Of a stretch of 64,000 nucleotides of DNA, positions 48,908 to 60,430 are shown piece by piece. Within the stretch, counting starts at the first letter, position 1. The number at the start of each line of letters is the position of its first letter. The DNA is taken from NCBI RefSeq assembly GCF_963921235.1, contig NC_086097.1, forward strand, positions 38,504,001-38,568,000. The letters run 5' to 3'. The notes below the pieces were generated by a model, which was not told the DNA's origin, did not search any database, and saw only the letters and a program-made list of their open reading frames with translations. A program made the position numbers and the translations under genes. The DNA comes from Mobula hypostoma (taxonomy: Eukaryota).

Positions 48908-50316
48908 ATGGAGATTGAGGAATTTCTAAAGGCGCCAACCTTGGAGGCATTAGAGGATGCCAAGAAATCAGAATTTGCGACTGTTGCAAAACGGTTGAGT
49001 CTTTTTAGGGGGAAGCAGACAATGAGGAGAGCGGAGATGCACAGAGCCATCGTTGAGCATTATGTATCTAAAGATGTGTTTCCCCACGGGGAACTGGAGG
49101 TGGTGTCTATGAGTAAACCTGGTGGGGAGGCGGTGCAACTGCAGATGGAAAAATTAAGGCTCGAGCATGAGCTCAGAGTAAAGCAGCTAGAAAGGGAAGA
49201 GAGAGAAAGGCAGCTAGAAAGGCAAGAGAGAGAAAGGCAGCTGGAGCGGGAAGAGAGAGAAAGGTAGCTGGAGCGGCAAGAGAGAGAAAGGCAGCTGGAG
49301 CGGGAAGAGAGAGAAAGGCAGCTGGAGTGGGAAGAGAGAGAAAGGCAGCTGGAGCGGGAAGAGAGAGAAAGGCAGCTGGAGCGGGAAGAGAGAGAAAGGC
49401 AGCTGGAGCGGGAAGAGAGAGAAAGGCAGCTAGAGCGGGAAGAGAGAGAAGCAGAAGGAAAGGGAGTTTGAGCTGGAGAAGTTAAGGGTAGTGCTAGAGA
49501 GGGGCCAAATGCCAGACCAAGGTGGAGGGTTCAGGGCCACCCAGGTTAGGTTGGTTCCATTTGAGGAGGCCGATGTTGATCGGCACTTCCTACGTTTTGA
49601 AAAAGTCGCTGCAAGTCAGGACTGGCCGAGGGATAAGTGGGCTGATTTACTCCACAGCGTGCTTAAGGGGAAGGCTCAGCGAGCTTACTCAGCGTTGTCA
49701 GCAGAAGATGCCCAGAGGTATGATGTGGTAAAAGAGGCTAGACTCAGGATTTATGAGTTGGTCCCGGAGGCATACCGGCAAAGGTTCCAGAATGTGAGGA
49801 AGCAGTGGGGCAGCACGTATTTAGAGTTTGCCCGTGAGATGCAGATGTATTGTGAGCATTGGTGCGCCTCGAAAAGGGGTCACTGGGGATTATGACAAAC
49901 TGCTACAGCTAATACTGATTGAGCAATATAAAGGTTGTGTCCCTGAAGGTATGAGGCCCTATCTAGATGAGAAAGAGGCAGAAACCTTAGCCGCAACTGC
50001 TAAGTTAGCGGATGAGTACACGTTAACACACAAAGCAAAGTTTACCCCGAGGAAGAGCTACCAGAAGGGTAGTCGAGAGGCCGGAGAAAGTCCGCCGGAA
50101 AAGCCAGAAAGTAAGCGGGGGACTAGTGAGAAGGATAAGGAAGATGGGAAGCAGTTTGGTAGGAAGTCTCCTGGTTTCGTATGCTATAATTGTGGGAAAG
50201 CCGGCACATTGCATCCAGGTGTTTTGCCCCAAAGAAGGGGGCGGGGAAAGGAAAAACGACGACTCCGACTGGCTGTATTGAGCCGGCAAACAAACCGCTG
50301 GGGAGAAGAGGTCTGA
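48908..50316 (+). pseudogene. Disrupted gag (coiled-coil repeat, SCAN-like capsid domain, CCHC knuckle)
   Basis: ORFs 48908-49267, 49491-49895, 49828-50316; PEAYRQRF...LILIEQYKGCVP...AKLADEY; CYNCGKAG knuckle broken by a frameshift. Confidence 0.85.
49184..49450 (+). repeat. 27-bp tandem repeat x10 in gag (QLEREERER)
   Basis: Unit CAGCTGGAGCGGGAAGAGAGAGAAAGG at exact 27-nt spacing; copy 4 has CAG>TAG at 49265. Confidence 0.95.
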
Positions 50317-50356
50317 TAGAGTTCAGGAAGGGCGTGAGAAGTTTACTTCGGCCAGA

Positions 50357-53300
50357 TTGGTGTCGGTGAAGGAGGGGTCAACCCCAGTTCCAGTACGGAT
50401 CTGGCGAGACACTGGGGCTTGTCAATCATTGATCTTAAGGAGGGTGTTAGAATTTAGTGCAGAGACTGAGACTGGGGAGGTCAGTGTGATAAAAGGCATT
50501 GGGAAAGAGACTGAAGCAGTACCTTTGCACCAGATATACCTGAAAAGTGACTTGGTCTCCGGACCGGTCATGATAGGGGTGAGGTCCGAATTGCCGATGG
50601 AAGACGTGGAGGTCTTACTCGGTAACGACCTTGCAGGTGGAGATGTGTACCCAGCAGTAAAGCTGACGAGCAAGCCTGCCAGGACTGAGGACCCGCCCAT
50701 GGATTCACAGGTTTATCCTGCTTGCGCAGTAACTTGACGCATGTCGAGAAAGGCTGCCGAAACGAATGTGGATTTAGCTGAGACGTTTTTACCAGCCTTG
50801 TACCAGGAGCGGTTAGAAAGTGAGATGAAGGAGCATAGTGGAGCGGAAGGAAGTGAGGTAGATTTATCATTAGCGAGGAAGGAATTTATACAGGCACAGG
50901 AACGAGACGAGGAGCTGATGGTTTTGACGGAGACAGCTCTCTCCGAAGCAGAAATAAAAAGGGAACCAGTGGGCTATTATGTGAAGGAGGGAGTACTGAT
51001 GAGGAAGTGGAGACCAAGTGCCGTGCCTGCAGATGAGGAGTGGGGGGTGGTATACCAGGTGGTAGTGCTGAAAATTTACAGGGACGAGATTTTTAACCTG
51101 GCCCACAAGATACCCCTCGGGGGACATTTTGGGGTGAGGAAAACCGTCGATAGAATTATGAAAGAGTTTTACTGGCCGAACATGAGGAAGGAGATTATTG
51201 AGTATTGTAGACGGTGTCACATCTGTCAGGTGGTAGGTAAGCCGAACCAGGTCCTGCCTAAAGCGCCCCTTCGACCGATACCCGCTTTCGGGGAACTTTT
51301 TTCCCGAATAATTGTGGATTTTGTCGGTCCCTGCCCAGAACTGTGAGTGGGCGAGAGTATGTGATGATTATGATGTGCGCCGCCACCAGGTTTCTGGAGG
51401 CTGTGCCCCTGGCAAGCGTCAAGGCTCCCGCAGTGGTAAAGGCACTTGTGAAATTTTTCACTACGGTGGGGTTGCCAAGGGAAATTCAGTCAGATCAGGG
51501 GAGTGTCTTCACATCTCACACATTCCGATGGATGTTGGATGAGATGGGAGCAAAGCATATTTTGGCCTCCGCGTACCACCCGGAGTCTCAAGGGGCATTG
51601 GAAAGATTCCACGCAACGTTAAAGACCATGATTAAAACTTATTGTCAAGAGAACGCTAGAGACTGGGATGATGCCTTGCCTCTCTTGTTATTTGCTGTAA
51701 GGGACACGGTTCAGGAGTCATTGGAGTTCAGCCCATTCGAGCTGGTCTTCGGTCATAGGCCCAGAGGACCTCTGTCCTTACTGAAAGAGCAGTGGTCCAG
51801 CCCGACAGTACAAGTCAATGTGATTGATTATGTTTTAAAATTTCGTGAGAGGCTTAAAAGGATCTGTGACCTTGCCAAAGAAAATCTACGAAACTCCCCA
51901 AACAAAAATGAAACAGTGGTATGATAGACGAGCCCGAGAACAAGTGTTTCAAGTGGGCGACAGGGTCTTAGTTTTGTTTCCAGTGGTAACCAACCCGTTC
52001 CAGGCGAGATTCCACGGTCCGTACAAAATGATTAAAAAGATAGACCCTTTGAATTATGTTATTGAAACGCCGGACAGACGTAAGCCGACACAATTAGTGC
52101 ATATTAGTATGTTAAAAGCTTACCATGATGAGAAAGCAGATGTAGTCGGTGTTATCACAAAAATAAATGAGGCTGGGGTGCCAAATGATAAGGGGAAAAC
52201 CCATCTTGAGAAGATAAATATGGTGCTGACCAGATTGGAGAACTCTATTGTTTTGGCCAACTTTGCTGATAAGGTCTCTCACTTAACCCCTGAACAGAGC
52301 GAGCCGCTGATAAAGCTAATTAACCAGCATGCAGATGTATGTCTGGATGTCCCGAGGCGATGCAAGGGAACGGTACATGACGTTATTGTTACATCAGATC
52401 AGTCTATTAAGCAACACCCCTATAGGATGAACTTAGAGAAGGGTAAGCTAGTGCAGAAAAAAATTGAACACATGCTAGCCACAGGTATTACTAGGCCATC
52501 CAAATTGGAATGGACCTCTCCCTGTGTGGTTGTCCTGAAACCTGATGGGAGCATACAATTCTGTATAGATTACAGAAAGGTGAACGCCATCACAAAAACT
52601 GATGCTTACTCCATAATTGTAAACAATTGCATCAATAAAGTGGGGAGGGCTAAGTACATCATAAAGATCGATTTGCTGAAAGGGTACTGGTGCGTTCCTT
52701 TAACTGACCGGGCTAGAGAAATCTCAGCATTTGTCACTCTATCCAGATTAAACGAGTATAATGTTTTACCTTTTGGCATGAAGAACACCCCAGGTACCTT
52801 CCAAAGGATAATTAATTCAGTGATAAAAGGGTTAAAGAACGCAGAAGCTCATATTGACGATTTGGTGGTCTGGAGTGACACGTGGGAGGAGCACATGTGG
52901 CAGTAGAGGAACTGTTTAAACGGCTGTCTGAAGCCAACTTGACAGTGAACCTCGCGAAAGGTGAGTTCGGGCACGCTAAGGTCACATATCTGAGGTATGT
53001 GGTAGGACAGGGGCAGCTGACACTGATGCAGGCTAAGGTGCAGGCCATCTCTGAAGTTCCCATCCCGACAGACAAGAGGGCCCCGAGAAGGTTTTTGGGG
53101 ATGGTGGGGTACTATCGGAAGTTTTACAAAAACTTTGCGGATATTACCCTCCCTCTTACTAAGCTCTTGCCGAAGAATGAGAAGTTTGTGTGGAACAACC
53201 TCTGTCAACAAGCCTTCGAGAGTCTGAAGGCGATTCTGTGTCACCACCCTGTATTGAATGTGCCTGACTTTTCAAAACCCTTCTCCCTAGCAACAGATGC

Positions 53301-53679
53301 TAGCGACAAAGCCGCAGGGGCGGTGCTGTTGCAGACAGACAAGGAGGGAATTGAACACCAAGTGGCTTATTTTTCTAAGAAGTTTAATGTCCATCAGAGA
53401 AATTATTCCACTGTGGAAAAGGAATTACTGGCAATCATTCTGGCATTACAACATTTTGAGGTTTATATTTGTCCAGCACGGAAACCACTGATAATTTACA
53501 CTGATCACAATCCATTAGTGTTTTTGACCACAATGAAGGATAAAAACAAACGCTTGTTAAGTTGGAGCCTGGTATTACAGGAATTTGATATAAAGATAAA
53601 ACATGTAAAAGGAAACGACAATGTGATTGCTGATTGTCCAGGTGTTAAAAATTTAAAGTTCTCTGTATTAGCCGAATAG
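50357..53679 (+). pseudogene. Disrupted pol: protease, integrase, RT, RNase H
   Basis: RDTGA (about 50405); HHCC zinc finger and D-D-E (VDFVGP, SDQG, ERFH) at 51100-51620; RT IDLLKGYW, LPFGMKN, HIDD at 52670-52865; RNase H TDAS, EKELLAI, YTDHNPL, NVIAD to about 53635. Confidence 0.92.
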
Positions 53680-53761
53680 CTGATGGCTACCTGTATATTA
53701 GGCGTGTATTTTATAATGTGCATTCATGCCTGTAATTTTTACCCCCGGTAAAAATTCTTTT

Positions 53762-53772
53762 AAGGGTGGGGG
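53762..53772 (+). promoter_or_regulatory. Polypurine tract
   Basis: AAGGGTGGGGG directly before the 3' LTR. Confidence 0.8.
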
Positions 53773-54612
53773 TGTCATGTGTGAAGCCAAGCAGAGCTGC
53801 AGAACTGATGATGCTAACGAGAAAGATAATGAGAGACAATGGAGAACCATTCAAAATACTAATGAGAGGAGAGAGATTAACGAGAGAGAGACACATAATT
53901 CAGTATGTGGCCTCTGCCACAGACAGTTTGCTTTGAACCTGAACTGTTCACTAACGAGTCCTACTGAGACAATAGGAAGGGTGAAGTTTGATGGACAGGT
54001 GATACCCCATCAGGGGGATAAAAATAGCGGGTTTGCTAAGGCACGGGACACACGCCACGAGACCCTGGAAAGAGCATTGTGCCCCCATAAGTTGGTGGAA
54101 GTTTGGAGGACCGATTCGCAGGAATCGGTCAGAGACTCACAGGGTGTAAAGGTACGATCAGTGGGAACCTGGTGTGTGTTCGCCCTTGCCTGGGTTCACC
54201 ACAGAAGAACGATCGCATCCGGAACGGAGGGGTCACAGTCGGTGACCACAGCTGGATCAGAAGGCATTGAAAGGTTTGCCTGAAACCAACTGTATCTCTC
54301 ACTCTCTCCCCACCCCCCCCAACAGTACAACAGCGATTACTTCAAACTACACTAGACTGAACTGAACTCTGCTTCACCTTAAGACTGACCATTTTACCCC
54401 TAGACTGCAATAGAGCTTGGTTGATTCCTATTACCCTATTTCTGTGTATACGTGTATACTATCATTGCTAACCTGTTACATTTATATCCTTGCGGTTAGT
54501 GTACTGTATTACTTATTTCTTTAATAAAACTTTATTAGTTCCTAGTAATCACAGACTCCAATGAGTGTTCCATTTCTGCTGGTTTGACAACCCAGTTATG
54601 GGGTACGTAACA
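53773..54612 (+). repeat. 3' LTR (840 bp)
   Basis: Direct repeat of 47958-48809 with TG...CA ends. Confidence 0.95.
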
Positions 54613-57109
54613 AATCATTCTGTCGTCGATTTACTTGTGTTTCAGATCACTGTCCTGTTGCATCATCCAACTTCTATTAAGCTTCAGGTGATGGACCGCT
54701 ACCCTGATGTTCTCCAGTAAAATGTCTTGATGCAACTTTGAATTCATTGTTACCCCAACAATTGCAAGCTGCCCAGACTCTGAGGTGGCAAAGCAGCTCC
54801 AAACCTTGATACTCCTTCCACCATGCTTCACAGCTGGGATGAGGTTTTGGTGCTGGTGTGTAGTGCCCTTTTTCCTCCAAACAAAGCAGCATGCATCTCT
54901 GCCAAAAAGTTCTACTTTTGTCTCTTCTGTCCCTCACATTGTCCCAGAAGCATTATGGAACATATGCAAACTTGAGACATGCAATGTTTTTTTTGGAGAG
55001 CAGTGGTTTCCTCTGTGGTGTCCTTCCATAAACTCCATTCTTGTTCAGTGTTTTTCTTTTAGTGGACACATGAACAGACACTTTAGCAAGTTCTAGAGAT
55101 TTCTGCAGGTCTTTTGTTGTTACTCTTGGGTTCTTTTTCACCTCCTTTAGCACTGCACCTTGTGCTCTTGGTGTGACCCAGGGAGAGGAGCAACAGTTTA
55201 CTGAATTTCTTCCATTTGTGGACAATTTCTCTTACTGTGGACTGATAAACACTCGGGTCTTTAGAAATGCTTTTCTAGCCTTTTCCAGCTTCATGCATCT
55301 CTACAATTCTTCCTCTAAGGTCCTCTGAAAGGTGTTTTGATTGAGACATGGTGCTCATTAAAAGAGCTTTCTTGAGAAGAGCAGGCTCTGTCAGTAACTT
55401 GACTTTGTGTGTCTCTTTTTAAAAAATAGGGCATGGCACCTCTACAATCCACACCTCCATCTCATTGATTGGAACACCTGACTCTAAATAGCTTTTGCAG
55501 AAGGTATTAACCCAGAGGTTCACATACTTTTGTGAACCTAAACTGTGATTGTTTAATAGTGTACTCAGTATTGATGAGAAGTAGTACGATTGTTTGTGTG
55601 TTTTTAATTTAGGCAGATCATGTTTGTCTATTATTGCGACTTAGATGAAGAATATCAGACCACATTTTATGAGCAATTAATGCGGACAAACCAGGTAATT
55701 GCAAAGGGTTCACAAACTTTTTTTGCAGCTGTACATTCAGTTTTCCTTTAGCTAATCCTCATCTCCGAGGCGTCACAGCAAAGCTGTAAGCTTCTCATTT
55801 TTGTTATATTCTTGGCTTATCACTACTTCTGGCTCAATTAGCATTTTCTGCAAGGTACAGAGGATTTGTTCAATGTTATAGCTAACAGTGCCATTTCCAC
55901 ACTCCTCATGATTTTTTTTTGCCTCTGCAACTATGTGTCCAACATTTATTTCTGCTGCTCTCCTCCTACTTACATAGTTTAAGTAGTTCAATTTCTGTCT
56001 TATGTTATCTTAGAACTTTTTATTTCATTAAAAGTTTACTTTGATTAATATCAACACCTAAATTATTCATTGATTTATAGTAATTCCTGGACGCTTCTTT
56101 AAAATCTCTCATTTTACAGGCCTCTTCTTCTTGGTAAGATCAGTCTTATCCCTTCCACTTGGTCACAGATAGAATATTTTTCAAGATTTTAGAAGTTTCA
56201 ATGGAATGTACAAATCACAGTTTGTCAGTATTTACTTTCTGACAAACAGATACAGAATAAGAGTTCAAATATAGAAATGGGTAGTACAATGCTAAAATAG
56301 CAGACTAGCAGTCTAGACTTATAAAATTAAGAGGAAGTTCATATTCCACAGTAAAGCTACAATTACTAACAATTTCAATAACCTGATGGTCTGGGATCTG
56401 GCTCACCAGGCAAAGTCTGCCACAGTCTCTTTCAAATCAAAGGAGTCCTAGTTTCCATGCTTCTGTTAAACTCACTTGGTTAAACATCTTAAAAAGTGAA
56501 TTAGGGAATGTGTTGGGGAGTTAAGGAGTTCTGAAAATTCAGCATCAAAATCCCAAGCATACCAGAGCTTTACTTTAATAAATAAACTTTTAAAAAAGAC
56601 AATTTGTCATATCACCAAATTCCAGCAAAATGCAATTTAGTTTATTGGTGTCCTTTGATGTAGGAAGTATACCGACCTACAAGGACACTCATCCACAGCA
56701 GTATGGTCAACTTCCAATTGTTTCACGAAATGACTAGCGGCCATTCAGTTAAATAATAACTGGTAAACTGAAAGATGCCAGAAACTTGGTTCAGTTATAC
56801 CAAAGATCAATGGGGAAAGGCTCCATAGAGGTTGAGTTGAAATGTGGCGGGTGGGGGGGGGGAGAAGAGAGAGAAATAAATACAGAATACTTGTAAAATT
56901 AAAAATTGTCACGTTGGTATAACATTAAACTTGCATCTTAAATCATATACGAGGCATGCTATATATTTTTGTATGTGTTCTGCATTATACATGTTTTATG
57001 TCTAAGCTGGAACTTAAAAAACATTCCTATTGGTTCCATTCTCCCACTTACTTTCCTGTGATCAATTCTCTCACTTTTGTCAACACCACTCTCTTCAATT
57101 CTCCTGTTC

Positions 57110-57320
57110 GCCACAGTACACTCAAGACAATTTAAGATAGGCAATTCACCCACCAACCAACACATTTGTGGGATGTGGTAGGAAATTGGAGCACCGAAAG
57201 AAAACACTTGCAGTCAGAGAGAGAGAATGCTCTCACTCACACAACAGCATCCAAGATCAGGATTGAATCCAGGTTATTGAAGTTGCGTGGCAACAGCATT
57301 AACAGCTGTTCCACCGGTTG
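57110..57320 (-). mobile_element. Degenerate tRNA-derived V-SINE-like element
   Basis: Minus strand shows B-box-like GGATTCAATCC and GGTGCTCCAATTTCCTACCACATCCC. Confidence 0.55.
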
Positions 57321-58149
57321 GCTCCTTAAAGTACTGCACTAGACACACTGTATTATCTCATACACTAACTGCTTTTGCCAATTTAATTTGTACAAGCTCT
57401 AACAAAAAGGCTTAAGTCCCCCTCATTAATTGCACTATCATTGCAACAATTTTATTTTTTATAATCATCTTTCTCAACAGTGATGCTGATGATAGGGTGC
57501 TTATTAACCATATCTACCTGCAGTTCTTGCTTTCCGTATTCTCAGATTTCCACGGATTCTACCTTGCTTTTCCTTAGCTAATACAACTTTTTGGTGATGC
57601 CCTTGCACATCATAGTTAGGGATTATAAATGCATATTATTGCTTTAATTGTCAAATACCCTGAAATAATTAAATTTGAACCTTGGTTGTTAGCAACCAAA
57701 TCTCTTAAATCAAATAGCTAACAGCTATTAAATCAAATCTACTTAACGCTGCATTCATTCACCTGTCTTATTTCAAAGCTTTATACATCAGAGCAAGTAC
57801 TTTTTATTTCAATATTTTTCCTTAAAACTAATCTTTATTCCCTTCATACTCCCCCCTACCATAGATACCAAAGATGCAGGTATTCCAGCACCAGGTGAGC
57901 TAAAACAGGTGTGGAGTCAGAGATAGAAATTGGCTGTCTTGTGATGGCTCATGTGATTTGAAATTTATCCCAGGATCAAATTACATCATGGTTGCAAAGA
58001 GGTTCAGTTTCAGACACCTGCCTGGAAACAGGATGAAGTCAATGGTGAACATTCCACAGATAGAAGCCAGAGGCAACAATTCTCTAGATAATTCAGATAG
58101 TTCAATATCATAGCAAGAGTGGAAGTCTTACTGTAGGGCTTTAAACAAG

Positions 58150-59830
58150 CAATTCAAGTTCAGGTTCATTGCCATCTAACTGTAACTGTATACAACCAAA
58201 CAAATAATGTTATTTCAGACCACAGTGCACCCACATATATCACACAGCTCACAAAACAAAATATTACCATAAGTTAATAAAATACAATTCAGATATGGGT
58301 GTAGTGCACAACACAGGTAAACAATAAACAGCTCACTGTCTTAGTGACAAAGACCTCAGTGGTGGCAGGATATTCATTAGTCTCACAGCCCGAGGGAAGA
58401 ATCTGTAACCGTCTGGCAGTCCTAGTCCTGATGCTCCTATCCTCCCTTCTGATAGTAGTGGGTCAAAGATATTGTGAGATGGGTGACAGTGATCCTCAAC
58501 AATGCTTCAGGTCTTTCCTCTGCAATGATCCTGGTAAATATTGCACACTGGGGGGGGGGGGGGGGAGAGAGAGAGCAAGAAGAAGGGAGACCCTGATGAT
58601 CCTCTCGGCAGATTTTACTGTCCTCTGTAGGGCCTTGCAGTCCATGCAGTCCAATGCCTTGGACCTTCCATACCACACCACGATGCAGCCAGACAGGACA
58701 CTCAAAGATACTCCTGTAAAAAGATGTTAGAATAGAGACAGGGAGCCTTGCATGCCTCAGTCTCCTCAGCAAGTGTACATACTGCTGTGCTTTCTTGACT
58801 CATGAGGTGGTGTTGTGGGTCCAGCTTAGACTGTCCATTACATGCACACCAAGGAACCTCATGCTCTTCACACTCTCCAAGTCAAAGTCATTGATGTGCA
58901 AAGGAGAGCAGTCAACCTCTGCCCTTCTCAAGTCCCTGTCAAACTCAGTTTGTTTTTCTCGCACCACTTGACAAGCCTCTCTACCTCCTCTCTAAATGCC
59001 ATTGCTGCTGATGAGGCTAATTACTGTTGTAATCATCAGTGAACTGGATGGTGCATTTGGAGATGAATTTGACAGTGGAGTCACAAGTCAACAGCAAGAA
59101 CAGCAGTGGGCTAAGCACACAGCCTGGAGGGCATCAGTGCTCAGCATGATGAAGCTCGAGATGTTGCTGCTGACACAGACAGAGTGGGGTCTTTCCGGGA
59201 AGAAGTCCAAGATCCAGTTACAGAGAGGTGTTGAGACCCCACAAGAAGAGTTTATCCACCAGTCTCAGGGGGATAATCATGTTAAATATTGAGCTGAAGT
59301 CAATGACCAACATCCTGGTGTACGAGGCATTGTCTTCTAGGCGGGACAGGACAGAGTGATGGGCCGAGGATATGGCATCATCAGTGGACCAGTCTCAGTG
59401 GCTGGCGAACTGGAAGGGGTCCAATGTTACAGGAAGGTGCAATTTTATATGACCCATTACCAGCTGCTCAAACCACTTCATGATTGTTGAAGTCAGTGCC
59501 ACTGGACAGTAATTTTTTTAGCCCAGTTACCATCACTTGGGTGGGCACTAGAATGATAGTGACCGTTTCAAAGAGATATTAAAGATGTCCATTAGCTGGG
59601 CAGCAAAATCCCTTAGCACCTGACCAGGTATGTTGTCTGGCTCCACAGCTTTGCCTGGGTTTAACCCTGGCTAGGACCCTTACATTGGCTGTGGCCAGAG
59701 AGGGTGCCTATTCCTCAGGGAGGAGAGGGTGCGTTCCTCAATGTCACATCATTCATTGCATCAAATCATGCATGAAAGGATGAGTGCCCATCAAGGAGGG
59801 ATTGCCATCATTGACGTGCAGGGTAGAAAT
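58150..59830 (-). mobile_element. Degenerate Rex1/Babar-like LINE (RT plus C-terminus)
   Basis: LRRLRHARLPVSILTSFYRSIFE, VLSGCIVVWYG...LQRTVKSAERII; TGAACCTGAACTTGAA tail on the minus strand. Confidence 0.8.
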
Positions 59831-60109
59831 GCATACCTATATTTAGGAGATGAGAACAGGTCAAGTACTTAAGATGAAAGGGAGGATGAAGATAGTGGCT
59901 TGCATCGAGACAGCAAGCAGTTTAACTGAAGAAAACAATGACAAGAAATTTACGGGGCAGAGAAGGGGCTGTGGCATTTTAGCAGAAAGAACCACCATCA
60001 GTCACGGAGGGAAGCTGGGTTGTTAGTAGTTTAGTTGCGTAATCTCACAGAATCAGGAGAAATATCGCACGAACAAAGTAAAGCCAGAGAAACATATAGG
60101 GAAATGGTA

Positions 60110-60430
60110 GAGAACCTAAAAAAATGTTCACCTAACCGTGAGATCTTTGGATTAACTGAGGTACAATAAGCTCATTGCTTATCGTATCCAACAATAACAG
60201 GAGACCTGTGCAGGAAGAGTCTTTAAAGTAGAAAAGCATTTGCACTGGGGAATTTCCATTCTCTTGACCTCGGAGGTCCAGGTCCAGCGGTATGAACAGT
60301 CGTCACAAACTGGGGTCTTTCTTGGTTGTAGTAGATGGCCACAACTTCTTCTGTGCCTTGTCATGTCCTTTGCTCTTCATTAAGCATTGCAGAATCGCCC
60401 TCCCTGCCATTGGATCTCATCCACCCAGTC
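60110..60430. repeat. Probable interspersed repeat, family not identified (RTE-like non-coding segment?)
   Basis: GC-richer island in AT-rich DNA resembling a retroelement UTR; pattern recognition only. Confidence 0.3.

Larger units (their letters stand above)
47958..54612 (+). mobile_element. Full-length decayed Gmr1-like Ty3/Gypsy LTR retrotransposon
   Basis: TG...CA LTRs, PBS, PPT, 4-bp TSD AACC/AATC, gag then PR-INT-RT-RNaseH. Confidence 0.94.
47507..55731 (-). mobile_element. Decayed Tc1 transposon interrupted by an LTR retrotransposon
   Basis: TA-flanked TIRs of about 200 bp; transposase ATG at 55349 (MSQSKHLSEDLRGRIVEMH), EVKKNPRVTTKDLQKSL, KHGGRSIKVWSCF, MQQDSDLKH; continues left of 47954. 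Confidence 0.92.

Noticed and set aside
49184..49450. CRISPR-like regular array
   Set aside because: Contiguous 27-bp units with no unique spacers, inside gag in eukaryotic DNA.
53640..53772. env gene making the LTR element an endogenous retrovirus
   Set aside because: No room between pol and the PPT, and the LTR-overlapping ORF has no signal peptide or transmembrane segment.
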